A DNA stretch of 64,000 bases, taken from assembly GCA_002633005.1 (NCBI GenBank), contig NMRA01000378.1, forward strand, positions 70,759-134,758, in the 5' to 3' direction. Source of the DNA: Phoronis australis (lineage: Eukaryota > Animalia > Phoronida). The stretch's first letter is position 1, and every line of letters starts with the position of its first letter. Made by a program: the position numbers and the translations under genes. The notes beneath the pieces were generated by a model. It had not been told where the DNA came from, did no database searches, and was given only the letters and a program-made list of their open reading frames with translations. Shown here one piece after another: positions 1-11,528 of this stretch.

Positions 1-1265
1 TAGTCAAGTAGATCGCATTGGTCGTCAGTGTAGCAATGTGCTCCTGTTACTGAAAATAAGTAGGCCAGTAAACGTTTTTCAATGGCAATTGAACACACGC
101 GGTGTGTCATGACGCATATTTATCTTGAACATTGATGCGGCGGTGCGTTGTTTAGCTTTCTATATTTGCAATACAAAAGAGTAACCAGATGCAGGCTGAA
201 TTGGGTTGGAACTCCTTTTTTTAACCGTAGCAAGGTACCAACAATATGCCCTTGAATTTATCTGTACCTTGATAACTACTGACTCGCTGTAATAAAAACA
301 TATAGGAAGGACACTAAAAATCAGTATGCTCAGGATTTTGTACTGAAATATGCATGGAACTCTACGGAATCATTTTCGAACAAATCTTTAGATAACTTAT
401 TTACCCCTAATCTAGACTCTGGGATGCCGGGTCCCCGACAAAGTTGATCAGGCTTCGGCCACCTGTTGTCTCGCTGTAACCATAGCCACGACGACGCTTG
501 TTCAGCTGATCTCATCACTGTCTGAACCAAATTCTTGACACTTTCCTGATACCTAGGAACTTCATCAACCTCCACATATGCTGCTCCCGATGCCCTTTAC
601 ATCGTACTTCCAACCAGTACTGAACAATCATGGGAAAGATTCGCATACTTTAGCGTTTTCCTCTCGTTGGAATTATATATAAACAAAAAAGAGCGCTCAA
701 CAAAGGAACAGCGTTATCAGAAAATCTCAAATAACTCGAAAAGTAGACGTCCTAGCGTAAAATGGAAACCATCTTCTGAAAGCCCGATCAAAATTCTATA
801 TAAACTGATGGTATCGCTTAATTCCGTAAATTTTTCGAAAAAAATGAAATTTTGCGTTTTTTTTAAGAAATTCCAAGTCAAATAACTCGAAAACGGTAAG
901 TCTGAGAAAAAAATTGTTACAGGCCATTTGAAAGATTATACTTCAAAGAATCTACATGCAAAAAATCACGTCTTTTTCTCTTCCCGTTTAAAATTGCACT
1001 CCAGACAAATGAAAATGGGTCAGCATGCGCCATATCCGCCATCTTGAAAGCAACTTCCGGTTTTCGCTCGTTACTCCAGAGATCAAGGAGACCGAGGTAG
1101 ACGATGTAAAGTCATCTAATATGACTAATACAATTACAAGTAATAGATATTGAATAAACATAAATAAATAAAAAATGATCTCTGGTAAGATGGGCAATAA
1201 AAAGCGCCACAAGAGATTTTGTAAGACAGCTCATGCGTATCTTGATTTATCTGTCGCAGGGCAAT

Positions 1266-2394
1266 ATCTCACTTGCAAGTTTCTCGTTAGTCAATGTGAC
1301 GTCACCGGAAAAGGGGTAAAACTCGCCATATTGCTCTTGTTTGGCCCCGAGTCTTTGCTACACACACTAAATTTTACTGGAGTTCTTATAGTGAATTTTA
1401 CGCTTAAAACGTTAACACAACTTAAAGGATGGTAGGTGGATCGTGGAATAACTGTGAATGGACGAAGAAAATGTGAACTTGATATGTTGAGCGAAGCTGT
1501 GAACGGGCTGAAATTGGAACTCAACCTGGTCTAGGCCTGAATGCCGCAGGCACACAGGGGCGATAGTTTATCCCCATAAAAAGTTACTCACTTCAAAATA
1601 CAGCAAATAAAATCAAATGAAATATGCATATGCGCACATGGAGTTATAATTAATTAAAACATACCCTGACTCTGGTTACAATTTAGTCTACAAATAACTT
1701 GAACCTATCCATGAAAACCTCGCGGTTCGCTCAAGTTTCTCTTACAGGGCCCCATTTTGAGGAAGTTACGTGAAATCACGAACAATAAGTCCAAGGAACA
1801 CAAATCTTACAAATTCACTTGATATGTTCTCATGTTATTTTGCAAGTGTCACGCGCCAGGTCTCGCGCTTCACCCAGTCTCGCGCTAGCCTTTGCCTCAT
1901 ACTCACCTGACCAGTTGAACTACTTTGTGGTTATCGCGCGCGCGGTTTAAGTTAACAGTAACCACAATGTGGAGTTGGAATTCTTCGCCAAAGTCACCTG
2001 AATTCCCGTAGCTATGCTTCATCGAAGATATGTTTAGAAGCAGAGAGGACCAATGGAGGAAGTAAGCGCCTTTTTAGGTGACAATTTTAATAGATGTAAA
2101 TGTATTCTTGACGTGGTGAAAACTTAATCAGTGAGCGGATTTCGCCTATCGCCCGTTTAAAATACACGAAACGAAATTAGTACAAAACGCGATAGAACGT
2201 ATTGTAGTGCGAATCTGAATTTCATTTGCCATAACAGCAATGCTTGTTTGTCATTTTTCGAACTATAAACGGCCAAAAAGTGGAAAAAATAACAGAATAC
2301 ACTCTGCTAACGTATTGGGCAAATGAGCCAAACGACAAGCTTTTGCCCCACTTCCCGTGACGTCACAGTTATTGTTATAAACTCGCAAAGGACT
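1266..2394. mobile_element. ~1.1-kb non-autonomous TIR element with AT TSD (ISL2EU/Harbinger-like), copy 1
   Basis: An inverted copy lies at 57683-58833. Imperfect TIRs contain TTGC[AG]AGTTT and TGTGACGTCAC, with AT on both flanks. The paralogous site near 17762-17790 is empty. A THAP-like relic reads MTNKHCCYGK*NSDSHY on the minus strand. Confidence 0.75.
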
Positions 2395-3472
2395 ATTTAG
2401 AATCACTAGCTGTCCACGTGCAACTGCAGCACAGCTAAAGCTTTGGCCGGGACCTCCTCCGCTGCACACTAGGTGGCGCAAATACTCGTAGGATAAGAAA
2501 ACTCGACGCTGTTCGTCAAACTTTAGAAACTCGGCCCTTTTTACGGCACATTGTAATTTATTAACAGATTTATATAAATGTTGTCGCCAAGAAGCCCGTT
2601 TTCTCAGGGAGCTTGTTCAAAAGTTCTTATATTGTGATTAATTACCATATAATAATTTAGCGATGGCTTCACGGTAATGAACCAATAAATACACAAAACG
2701 TGCTGAGAGTGGCGTAGATGAAGTAACATCCCAAGAGACATTATTCTTCATCGCAGTGAGACATGGTTATTTCAAGAGGTTTACCCTTTTCCGTAAGCCG
2801 TTAGTGGGCCCAATATCCCAATATTGGTGAAAATGTGCCTGCATTACAATATCAGGAAAGATGTTAAAGACATGGACGGCGCAGCACTGAAATAAGTGGG
2901 GTTCTATAGTCCCCAGCCCGCTATGTTGCGCAGCACTGATGTAAGTGGGAAGTTACAGTCTTCCAGCCCCCTATGGTGAGGGGCCCATGATAGAGGCCTA
3001 GAACGCGAACATCAAACTACAATTCATAGCATTATTGAAAGTGGGTCTCCACCAGTGAAAAAAGGAGTGAGCCCGTTCACCAGGTAGTTTTATGGTTTGT
3101 TCGTCAAAATGAATTTCTGTTGATGTCAAAGTATATTTCTCCTAGTTTTAAATTTCAAAAACTACGTATACACGTATGTCAACCGCTCGTCACTGCATCC
3201 ATTTTTCTCGCATAAAGTGAAGCCCGTCTCCTTATTTGGTATGGCAAGACATACATGTAGTCACGACACATTTTCCTTGACCGGCATTAACGTATAATGT
3301 AAACAAAACAAGAGCGATCTGAAGCACACGCCAGTCCGATTAAAAAGCAATTCACGGAAGTTCTAACTGAAGGTATCGCAGTATTCAAATATATTATCAA
3401 ATGCATTAGGAATTCTTTTTGGGAAATCGCTTACTTCACTTTTTGCCTCATACTGTTCTGTCGATTATATAT

Positions 3473-3546
3473 TGTCCGAAGAAGGATTTGAACCTCCGAC
3501 TTCTGAAACTAAACATATTTTGAATCCAGCACCTTAACTACAACTC
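3473..3546 (-). pseudogene. Degenerate tRNA-Leu-like / tRNA-derived SINE head
   Basis: Minus strand reads TAAGGTGCTGGATTCAA...GGAGGTTCAAATCC...TCGGACA (B-box-like). The 5' acceptor strand is not recognisable, so it cannot be a functional tRNA. Confidence 0.3.
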
Positions 3547-6267
3547 TAAAAAATCACACCATGATGAGTGTACCACATATCCATGCCCGCAGGAACACCT
3601 GGCGATGGCCGGAGAATAGACAGACCGAAACGTCGTGACTGTGGAAGTAGTCAAGAGGTCGGTGTGATAGTGGCATGATATACAAAGAATTTTCCGCTAA
3701 GGGAGACTCCGACAAGCTCCCATTTTCGATTGGATTCAACATGTCTCTGCACTCATCAGAGGTCATTTTCGTTATTTTTGCATCTGCCTCCCTATCCTAC
3801 AAAGTGTGTTCCTATTGAGATGGTCACGACTGGCCTAGGTTTTCTGATGGGCCACGCCTCTATACTAGCTTCCCGAGTGCCTTTTTTGCCTGTGCCGCAA
3901 GATCTACCAACTTCTTTACATTTTTAAGATTTGGTGTATGCGCTCCAACTGAGGAGAGCATGCTCAGAATTAAATTCGGGACATGTCTGACTACTGTGGC
4001 ATCCTCTGGTGGCATTTTATGGTTTTCATGTGGTTCTACACCTACCAGCTTTATTCAAGCATGAAATTTGGTAATTAGATGTCACAGAAACGGCAGCGAA
4101 AGCCTTGCTGTGCCCGCTAGTGTTATTTTTATTTTATAATTATTGGGGACAAATAAAACAACAAGAATAATAAATATTTTAAGTTGTATTGGGAATTTCA
4201 GGGTCACAGCTCTACAAATAAATATTTCACAGAAGGAACCAGACGTGTTCCTTAATTACAAGAGATAACACACACATTTCCAATACCCAAAGTGTAATTG
4301 AGTATCGGATACTAAGTGGTACAGGTTAGCATAGTACCAAATGGGTACATAATACTAAATGGGTATTGGCCGATTGCTTACCGAGGGTCGAGCAAAGCGG
4401 CAAATTCAATAACGATGTACCAAGTGGGTACAAACTGCCAAATGGGCAAATATCATATAAAGTACCAAGTGGGTGCACCAAACAGCCAACTGGGCTATAA
4501 CAACCTGCAAAGCAGGTTCCGGACAAGTTGAGTGAGCAGACCAGCCGGAGTGATAAAGAGATTTTGTAAGGAACGTGGTGCTGTGGCTCAGTATGTGCCA
4601 CATGGGCAGGGTTGTTCATGGATGAACAATCCTGTCCACCGTTGAACACCCCAAGTTAAAAACATACCGGTAGTTGTGCAGACACGGGTGCATTTTATGG
4701 CTCTGCGTTGCTTTTGCTTTTACATGACAAAAAACTGTAAGGTGATGTGATGAGATGGTTTCTTTTTTACTTCTTTTGATCACAATTTCGCACATTTGTT
4801 ACCCCGAGATTCCACTCTGTCAATCACTTTTAAGTTTGTGAACTAATTTGTCCTGTTCAAACCTTGACTGATCACAGCCAAAGGCAAAGGCTGCTGGTTA
4901 CAAAATTCCTATGAAATAATAACTGTACAAACATATCTTTTTGTGTGTTCCAAGTCTGAGTTTCCATTGATATTAAAAGATAAGACACGTAACTTCACCA
5001 TGATATTCTTCCTGATACCTCACTCAAAATAATTGAGTTTCTTGTAGGCTGTCTGAATTCCAGATTTTGAAAAGGTCAATAGCAATGACAGTGCTTTAAG
5101 CGTATTTTAATAACTGGTATAAAAGTCATCGACCTTGTTGCAGTGAATGGCTGGCAGACAAAGGAAGTTCTGTCGATTGGTAATAAAAACAGCAAAAACA
5201 CAATAGACTTCGTTGAATTATAGCCAAGTCAATCCCCGCTAACGTTATCAAATAAGCCGTTTCGGCCGTAAACACCATAATGTCCCCAATGAATAACATT
5301 AAGCGTAGATGCATAAACTGTCACTTTAAATCATTGAGGGTCTCATAATTTGATGTGCTCACACATGATGGCGTTTCTTCACGGGAGTCGCAATATCTTT
5401 CACCAGCAAATATAATTTTTGGGACGAAACCTGTAAAAGTTCAGCTTCTTTATGATTTGAATTCATATAGAAGTCTGGGATATTCTCATGCATGACGTAC
5501 ATGTACATGTCATCGACAAATCTTTGTATTTAGCCAAAAATTTACCAAGTTGTAGACTTGAAATGAGTAAAACTTTACACATTTCGAAAAGAGGAAGCAT
5601 GGAAATTTTGGTTTTTTAAATTTATTTCAATCTGTCGTAAATTAGGTCACGTGTCTTTATCAAAATGTAACAAAAAGAAAGGAATGTCGTAGCAAAATTG
5701 TATTCAGTAACAGGAAGGAATGTCAAAAACCCTGCCAAAGTTTTTTTATCTCCAAAAGTGGATCACACACGGTTTGGCAAACAACATGCATGTAGACGCA
5801 ATTTTAGATGCGTCTGAACGAAACTCTTTATACGTGTAGGTACTGTTTCTGCAACTACACCAAACTAACGAAAGTAGGCAGCGTATTAGACGTCTTCGGT
5901 GTAACTACATGATAGCGACTCCAAGGAGGTCACCACCATGAGTCGCCAACTAATATCGGGAATGATTATGTGGCAAGTTGACTGTCGTTTGACTGGTTTC
6001 ATGGCAGTAGGACTCTGCTAAGTGCCTCTGAACTTCTGTCAGTTTGTACCAGAAACCTGTGAATTAGGTACTTCGTAAGAACATGTACTTTCCCCTAGCA
6101 ACTACTGTAGGTTCCGCGCCTTCCAGTGGTACTCTACGTTTAAAATTGAATGCCACCCGATTTACTTAGTTTTTTACCGTTTTAATCGGTATACATGTAT
6201 ATCCACATCACTTCGTATACAGTCGATCTCACCTCGTCGAAAGATGTCGCGTTAACCTGTAAGGAAG

Positions 6268-6540
6268 GTGAGTACACGAAGCAGCGACGTCAGTGGTTCT
6301 TACTGTAAGCCATGTGTGTGCGGACATGGTGTGGCGTATTGTTCCCGCTTGTGTGAACCACTGATGAAGCAGTGTGGAAAGCGGGTATATCGCTTTTTTC
6401 GATTTCCTCGAGAACCCGAAATGCTTTGGAAGTGGTTCCCAGCAGTAAAGAACGAAAAGTTCGCCATTAATACCAAGTATGAGACCGTGAAATACATGTT
6501 TCTCCTTATCTATGGCCGGGACTATCCTGTTTCAAAATGA
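6268..6540 (+). pseudogene. Degenerate THAP zinc-finger fragment, probably a transposon relic
   Basis: AYCSRLC...YRFFRFPREPEMLWKWFPAVKNEKF resembles the THAP C-x-x-C...FxFP...W...AV core. The CSxHF end is not intact. Confidence 0.55.
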
Positions 6541-8706
6541 ATTATTCTCACCTTAACCAATGTTTACATAAAATTGAAACAAAGTGCCAAAGTATGTCTA
6601 AGTAGATGCAATTTGTAATGGCATAGGAGTGTTCGTGCTTGCAAATGTTTTGAGGAATCGACAATCACGGAATAAATCATACTGCGTTATAGGCGTCAGA
6701 TGTAAATTGACCGACTTGTGGGCGCATGCTAATTATGTGTTTGCTGACAGAAAGCTGCTGTGCTATGATCAGATGTTAGGGTAATCTTTATTTGGATATA
6801 CATGTGTGTGTGTGTGTGTATTTATCCCAGGCGCGTTGAATCTGTCGAGGGAAATACGGACATGTAATAATGTTTTCCGTATTCACCTCCCGCACTACTT
6901 CAACAGTGATCTCTGACATTGAAGGTTTAAAAGGTAGGTCAATGTCGATTCGACGTCGTTAGCCGGTTAGATCATCAAACTTTCGGCAAGTAGTTTAAAT
7001 ACAATTGTAGCAGTATAAATACCACTCAACATGCAACCAAGTCTCAATCGTAACATCTGGAACAGGACTGTTAATTATATTACAGTTCTGTCTCAGTTTT
7101 CAATTTCTATACAGTACACTGACAAGGCCTATGTATTAGACACCGGTGCCCTAAAGTCGTGAATATAAGCTAAAAAGCAGCTGATTGTCATACTACCCAA
7201 TGTCCTTTAGCAACTGCTCATGCGACGTCATGGACATATATCAGCCTTCACAAATATACGTGTTTTGCCAATCTTAACCCTTGCAACTCAGGCACTGATT
7301 CCTCGACAATATCAAACATTGTTGTCACTGGCCATGACAGCACCCCGATACTATCGGCGACAGTATTACACGAGCAACAACGACGACCGCCCCAGCAACA
7401 CATGAATTTTTCCACGCTACAGAATTCGTATCCAGCCAGCTAGCTGTATGAACAGACTGTCGTATATTTAGTTTACAGCTTTCTACCAAGGCTACAGAAT
7501 CCGTAGAAATGCGACAACGTATCTGCAACAACGCATCAACAGGCATATTCGCCGGAGCTGTCATCAACGACAACAGTGGCACTTTTGATATCTTCGAGAA
7601 AAAAATGGACGACGTGTAGGTTACGCGCTCCGGTCAATGACCTAGTTTCATGAATGAGTGCACTCGATGAGGATTTTTCAATGTTATGAATATTCTTGTT
7701 ATTTTTTTTCGAAATATGATACAAGTTCAATGCACAATAACTGTCGTTTTCACACTTTTTATCAATTTTAAGTAATAAACCGTTACATTTAAAGTGTTTT
7801 CTTTTACTATAGTAAGTTAGCTTTTAAAAATGTCAAAGGATATCAACCATGTTCATAAACTTTAGCCAGAGACTGCTGGTTCGACTTTGCAGAGACAACT
7901 CTGATTTTATGTTATTTTTGATTATGGAGAATTGTAGTTGGCCATGAAAACATAAACATTACAATTAATTTAAGGCGTGAGAACATAACGTTTTAGTATA
8001 ACCTGCTTGATGACTGACTCGTTCGTTAGGCTTTTGTTTGGTCCTCCGGGTGAATAGGATGTTTTCTCCACTCAGCCCTAAAAAAAATGTCGTACGCACA
8101 CCTTCTTTAAACGCGGTTCAAAACCAGGGTGGTTCGCGAGACGCATTTGCGCTTCTCCAAGAATTCGTTTCACTTGCAGATTTCGTGGCAGCCAAAGGCA
8201 AGTGTCAGTCGTTCCATTATCATGCAGTTAGCTCACTGACACCATGACAAGTCATTCGGTTTTCGGTACTATTCATATGTTCCGTCTGGTGCACGTCCAC
8301 GGAGTCTCTCTATTATTTCTTGATCAGTGTATTCCTTTAAACCTAACAATCGACCGGTGAAGTCTTCGTCGAATGAGCACTCACCTAAGTCGGGATTGCG
8401 AGTTGCCAGGTTGACGTTGATATTGTGTGTTCAGTCTGTTTCAAAATTAATTATTGTCACTCTAACCAATGCTTATATCAAACTGTAACAACGTCTGTCT
8501 CATTAGATGATTGCCAATGTTTTGAGAAGCCAGCAATGAATAAATCACTGCGTTACTGGCTTTAGATGCAATAAACCGCCTAATTGACCGGGCACCGAGG
8601 ACGTGTGAGCGCATGCTAATCCAGTGTTTGCTGACAGAAAGCTGTTGTGAAACAATAACTCCATTTTGTACCCTATGGTCAGATGTTTGGGGAATCTTTA
8701 TTTAGA
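6527..8706 (+). repeat. Pair of ~270-bp direct repeats (about 6527-6800 and 8436-8706)
   Basis: Shared CTGTTTCAAAAT.AATTATT, GCGCATGCTAAT...GTGTTTGCTGACAGAAAGCTG and CAGATGTT.GGG.AATCTTTATTT. Confidence 0.7.
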
Positions 8707-10227
8707 TATTCATATACATTATTTGAATCATTGTTTCTGTAAATTTTTTTGCCCTGTCGGTTCTGTGGAAATGTAACTTGACTTCGCGGACGCCGACGAG
8801 CTAGTAAGTATATTTGCAGTTTCGCGGCAAGTTCACCAAAATGACCAGTGTGCACATTTTTTCATTGCCCCACTTGTATAGTCTTTTCGTGACTGGAAGC
8901 TTAGTTTACAACTTTGGGTGGTTTATGTTCGTGATGTCTTCAGTCCGGCCGCGATGGGCCTGACCGGGGTCCGAGCCACTGGCCGGGATAACAAGCGTTT
9001 TGTGTGTTTAGAACTGAAAAAAATCGTAAGTGTAAATTACAACACGCAGCTACCTCGGTATTTTCTCCTGTCTGTATTTTGCAGACTAATAATTTGAATT
9101 AATCATCAAACAGACCCCATACTCCCGCGACCGGCCTTGCGATAAATTGGCCTTCCGAACTTTGTAGGCTACGGTACCCTACGTTCAAGTACCTAAAAAT
9201 CCGTCACAGCGAAATAAAACTAACACGTTTAATAACTCGATGTAATTTTAAGGGTTTTACATCGAACTTTGGTGATTTATTGGTGTAAAACGATGAATTC
9301 AGGCGATTAGCTGACACCAGTAAGCGTGTTGTAACCTGCTGAACACACTGCATTAGAACCTCTGACGTCATTGGTTAATTTCAACGCCTCCGTCTGCCGT
9401 CAGGTGCTAGCCAAAAGAGCTGAACTTGCTGTTGTCGAGTAGAACTACTCGGTCTAAATTGATACAAAATAGGTTTGTTTTGGGTAGTATTCTCCTTTAA
9501 CATACTTAACATTACTGCTACTTGTGATTCATTGCCCCAATTCGGTAAAATCGATGTCGCAAATTTTGTGAAACTGAATTATCGACAGTCAGATACTGTA
9601 TGAGATCGCATGGGAGCAAACACGGTTCTGGAAAAGAAAATATTCTAGTAACGCCTAAAATTGCCTAGATGGCGTCCAGAGAGGTCCTTCTAAAACGATG
9701 TTTCGGTGAATGTTAAAGAAAGTTAGGTAATTTATACAAATCTTCATAACACACTTCCCAATTGCAAAACCTAGATGGGCTGGCCCGTGTGTGTGCACGA
9801 AGTGAATGTCTCGAGCTTTGGTGTTTAATTTTCTGCTTTTTCCGCAATAAATCTCGGTTACGGATTCAGAACCTAGATCAAGTGATATTTTTTAATTTTT
9901 TAACCGTCCAGTTGCGCCTTGCTCAGAGACACTTTTTAAAGATGTTGGATTTGGGCCAAATTAGCAGTACAAAATTGAAAACGATAACATTGTACGATGT
10001 CCAAGGTTTCGAAAGAAAATAACTGATGTTCATTGAATTTTATACAATCGTGTATTAATAAAGTCAAATCGGATACGGGTAACATAGAATGCGGGGCTGG
10101 GAGACAAAAACTCGTTCATCAGTATGCTGAGTGAACCTTGGTTTTACGTTTGCAGTTTGTTAAACAGTCAATTAGTCTACATGGAATTCGTCTCTGAAAC
10201 TCCCTGTTGTACAAATCACACGTAACG

Positions 10228-11528
10228 TCAACCACATTGATCCGTTGACGCTCTATCTACAGCAGTGCACTCTAGCCCAACGTCAAAAAATGCCAGAGCA
10301 ACGTCTTTTTCAGAATATCGCTGAGATTTTGCCGCGTCCAACACGCCACAGACAGCCTTTGCCATCCCCGTACATCTCTTCCACGACATGACATTAGCCA
10401 GCCAAAACACTACGTATGCTCTCTTAACACCCCACCCCGTTTTAGTAGCCAATTTGTAAAAGGCTCTGTTAAAAATTCCAGAAGTGTAGTGGATATCTAC
10501 GGAATCTGAATAATCCCGGAAGTGGGATTTCGATTTGCCGTCGATTCCTGGCGTGTCGAAATAACGCAATGCATCCAAAACGCCACCTTTCTTTATCGAC
10601 CGAGCGACTTTCCAGTCAACTTTTCCGTTTAAGTAAAATTCCAATGCTTCTCCCGAGATATCTGCGAAAGATTCCGAAATTGCACCAGATTGTAACCGAT
10701 TTTGTAAGCGAGAAGTTTCCAATATAAATGCGTGTGCCATTTCGTGACCAACGACGTTTTCATCAGTCATAGGATGGAAAACTGTGTGGCCGTCCCCCAG
10801 GAAAACAGACTTTGAAGGAGGGTCGTAACGTGCAATGTCAAGCTTGTCGCCAAAATGAACCCTAATGGTCATTGGGGGGCTCAGCACAACTCCTCTTTCA
10901 AACCACGCCTGGAACATTTCAAACATTTTTGTCCCATGGTAATGGGCGTCGTTGATTGGTGACCTACCACCATTTATTGCGTCCGTGCTGCCTGTAGCGC
11001 ACGAATACGTGTGCGGCAAGATGTTGCTCGTCTCCGACGTGAACTTGTTGTGGACGAGGACTACTTTCGAATTCGACATGACGCACTGTAACGCTTGGCC
11101 CTCTGACACGTCTAGGAAACCTTTGTGCTGCCCAAAATAATACTCCCCAATCTTGTCATTGCCCCCTATTCCTATTGCGTTTAATCTCAAACCACTTTCT
11201 CTCCACAGGCTAAGGACAGTACTTGTCTCTGCGTCAACCCAAACGGTATACAAGAAAGTATCAACAATCACCCTACGTTCCCTAATAATCCCACAAATCT
11301 GAATTTCGTAATATTGCCGAACAACCGAGTCATTGCGCACATCTATCGATAACTTGAAGTCAGTCACTTTCCTCACATAAGGTCGCCGTAGACCCATCGT
11401 CAGCAGATTTACCACAGCATGTTTAGCGGCTTTTTTGGCCTTGTGACGCGGTGGTAATTCAGATTTTGGCCTGAGATGCTGGATGCCTACGAACAAGGTA
11501 CCGTACACGTTGTCTGTTAAAATTTGTC
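10228..11528 (-). CDS. M4 peptidase exon 5 (end of FTP, PepSY and the complete mature catalytic domain)
   Basis: Acceptor tttcag|GA at 11529-11530. Motifs present: PepSY-like VWVDAETSTVL, GIGGNDKIGEYYFG (LasB mature start GPGGNQKIGKYTYG), SPINDAHY, HEMAH (10732-10746), GAISESFAD, LRYF, DIHYTSGIFNRAFY and GWGVKRAY. Stop TGA at 10228-10230. Confidence 0.95.

Larger units (their letters stand above)
8..5090 (+). repeat. Segmental-duplication blocks collinear with 15783-45845
   Basis: Approximate block pairs: 8-390 with 15783-16205; 1130-1262 plus 2397-2420 with 17148-17258 plus 17741-17795; 2740-3445 with 35952-36640; 3700-4145 with 44925-45395; 4672-5090 with 45440-45848. Confidence 0.85.

Noticed and set aside
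589-1116. Short inverted ends GATG.C.TTTACATCGT suggesting a MITE
   Set aside because: There is only a ~16-bp imperfect match and no TSD. It is plausible but unsupported.
7300-7600. Thr/Ser-rich, mucin-like reading frame
   Set aside because: It is interrupted by stops and has no convincing splice sites or domain motif.
10228-11528. Bacterial contamination as the source of the M4 ORF
   Set aside because: The gene has phase-consistent spliceosomal introns and an animal domain, and it shares duplicated flanks with surrounding repeat-rich DNA. There is no operon context.
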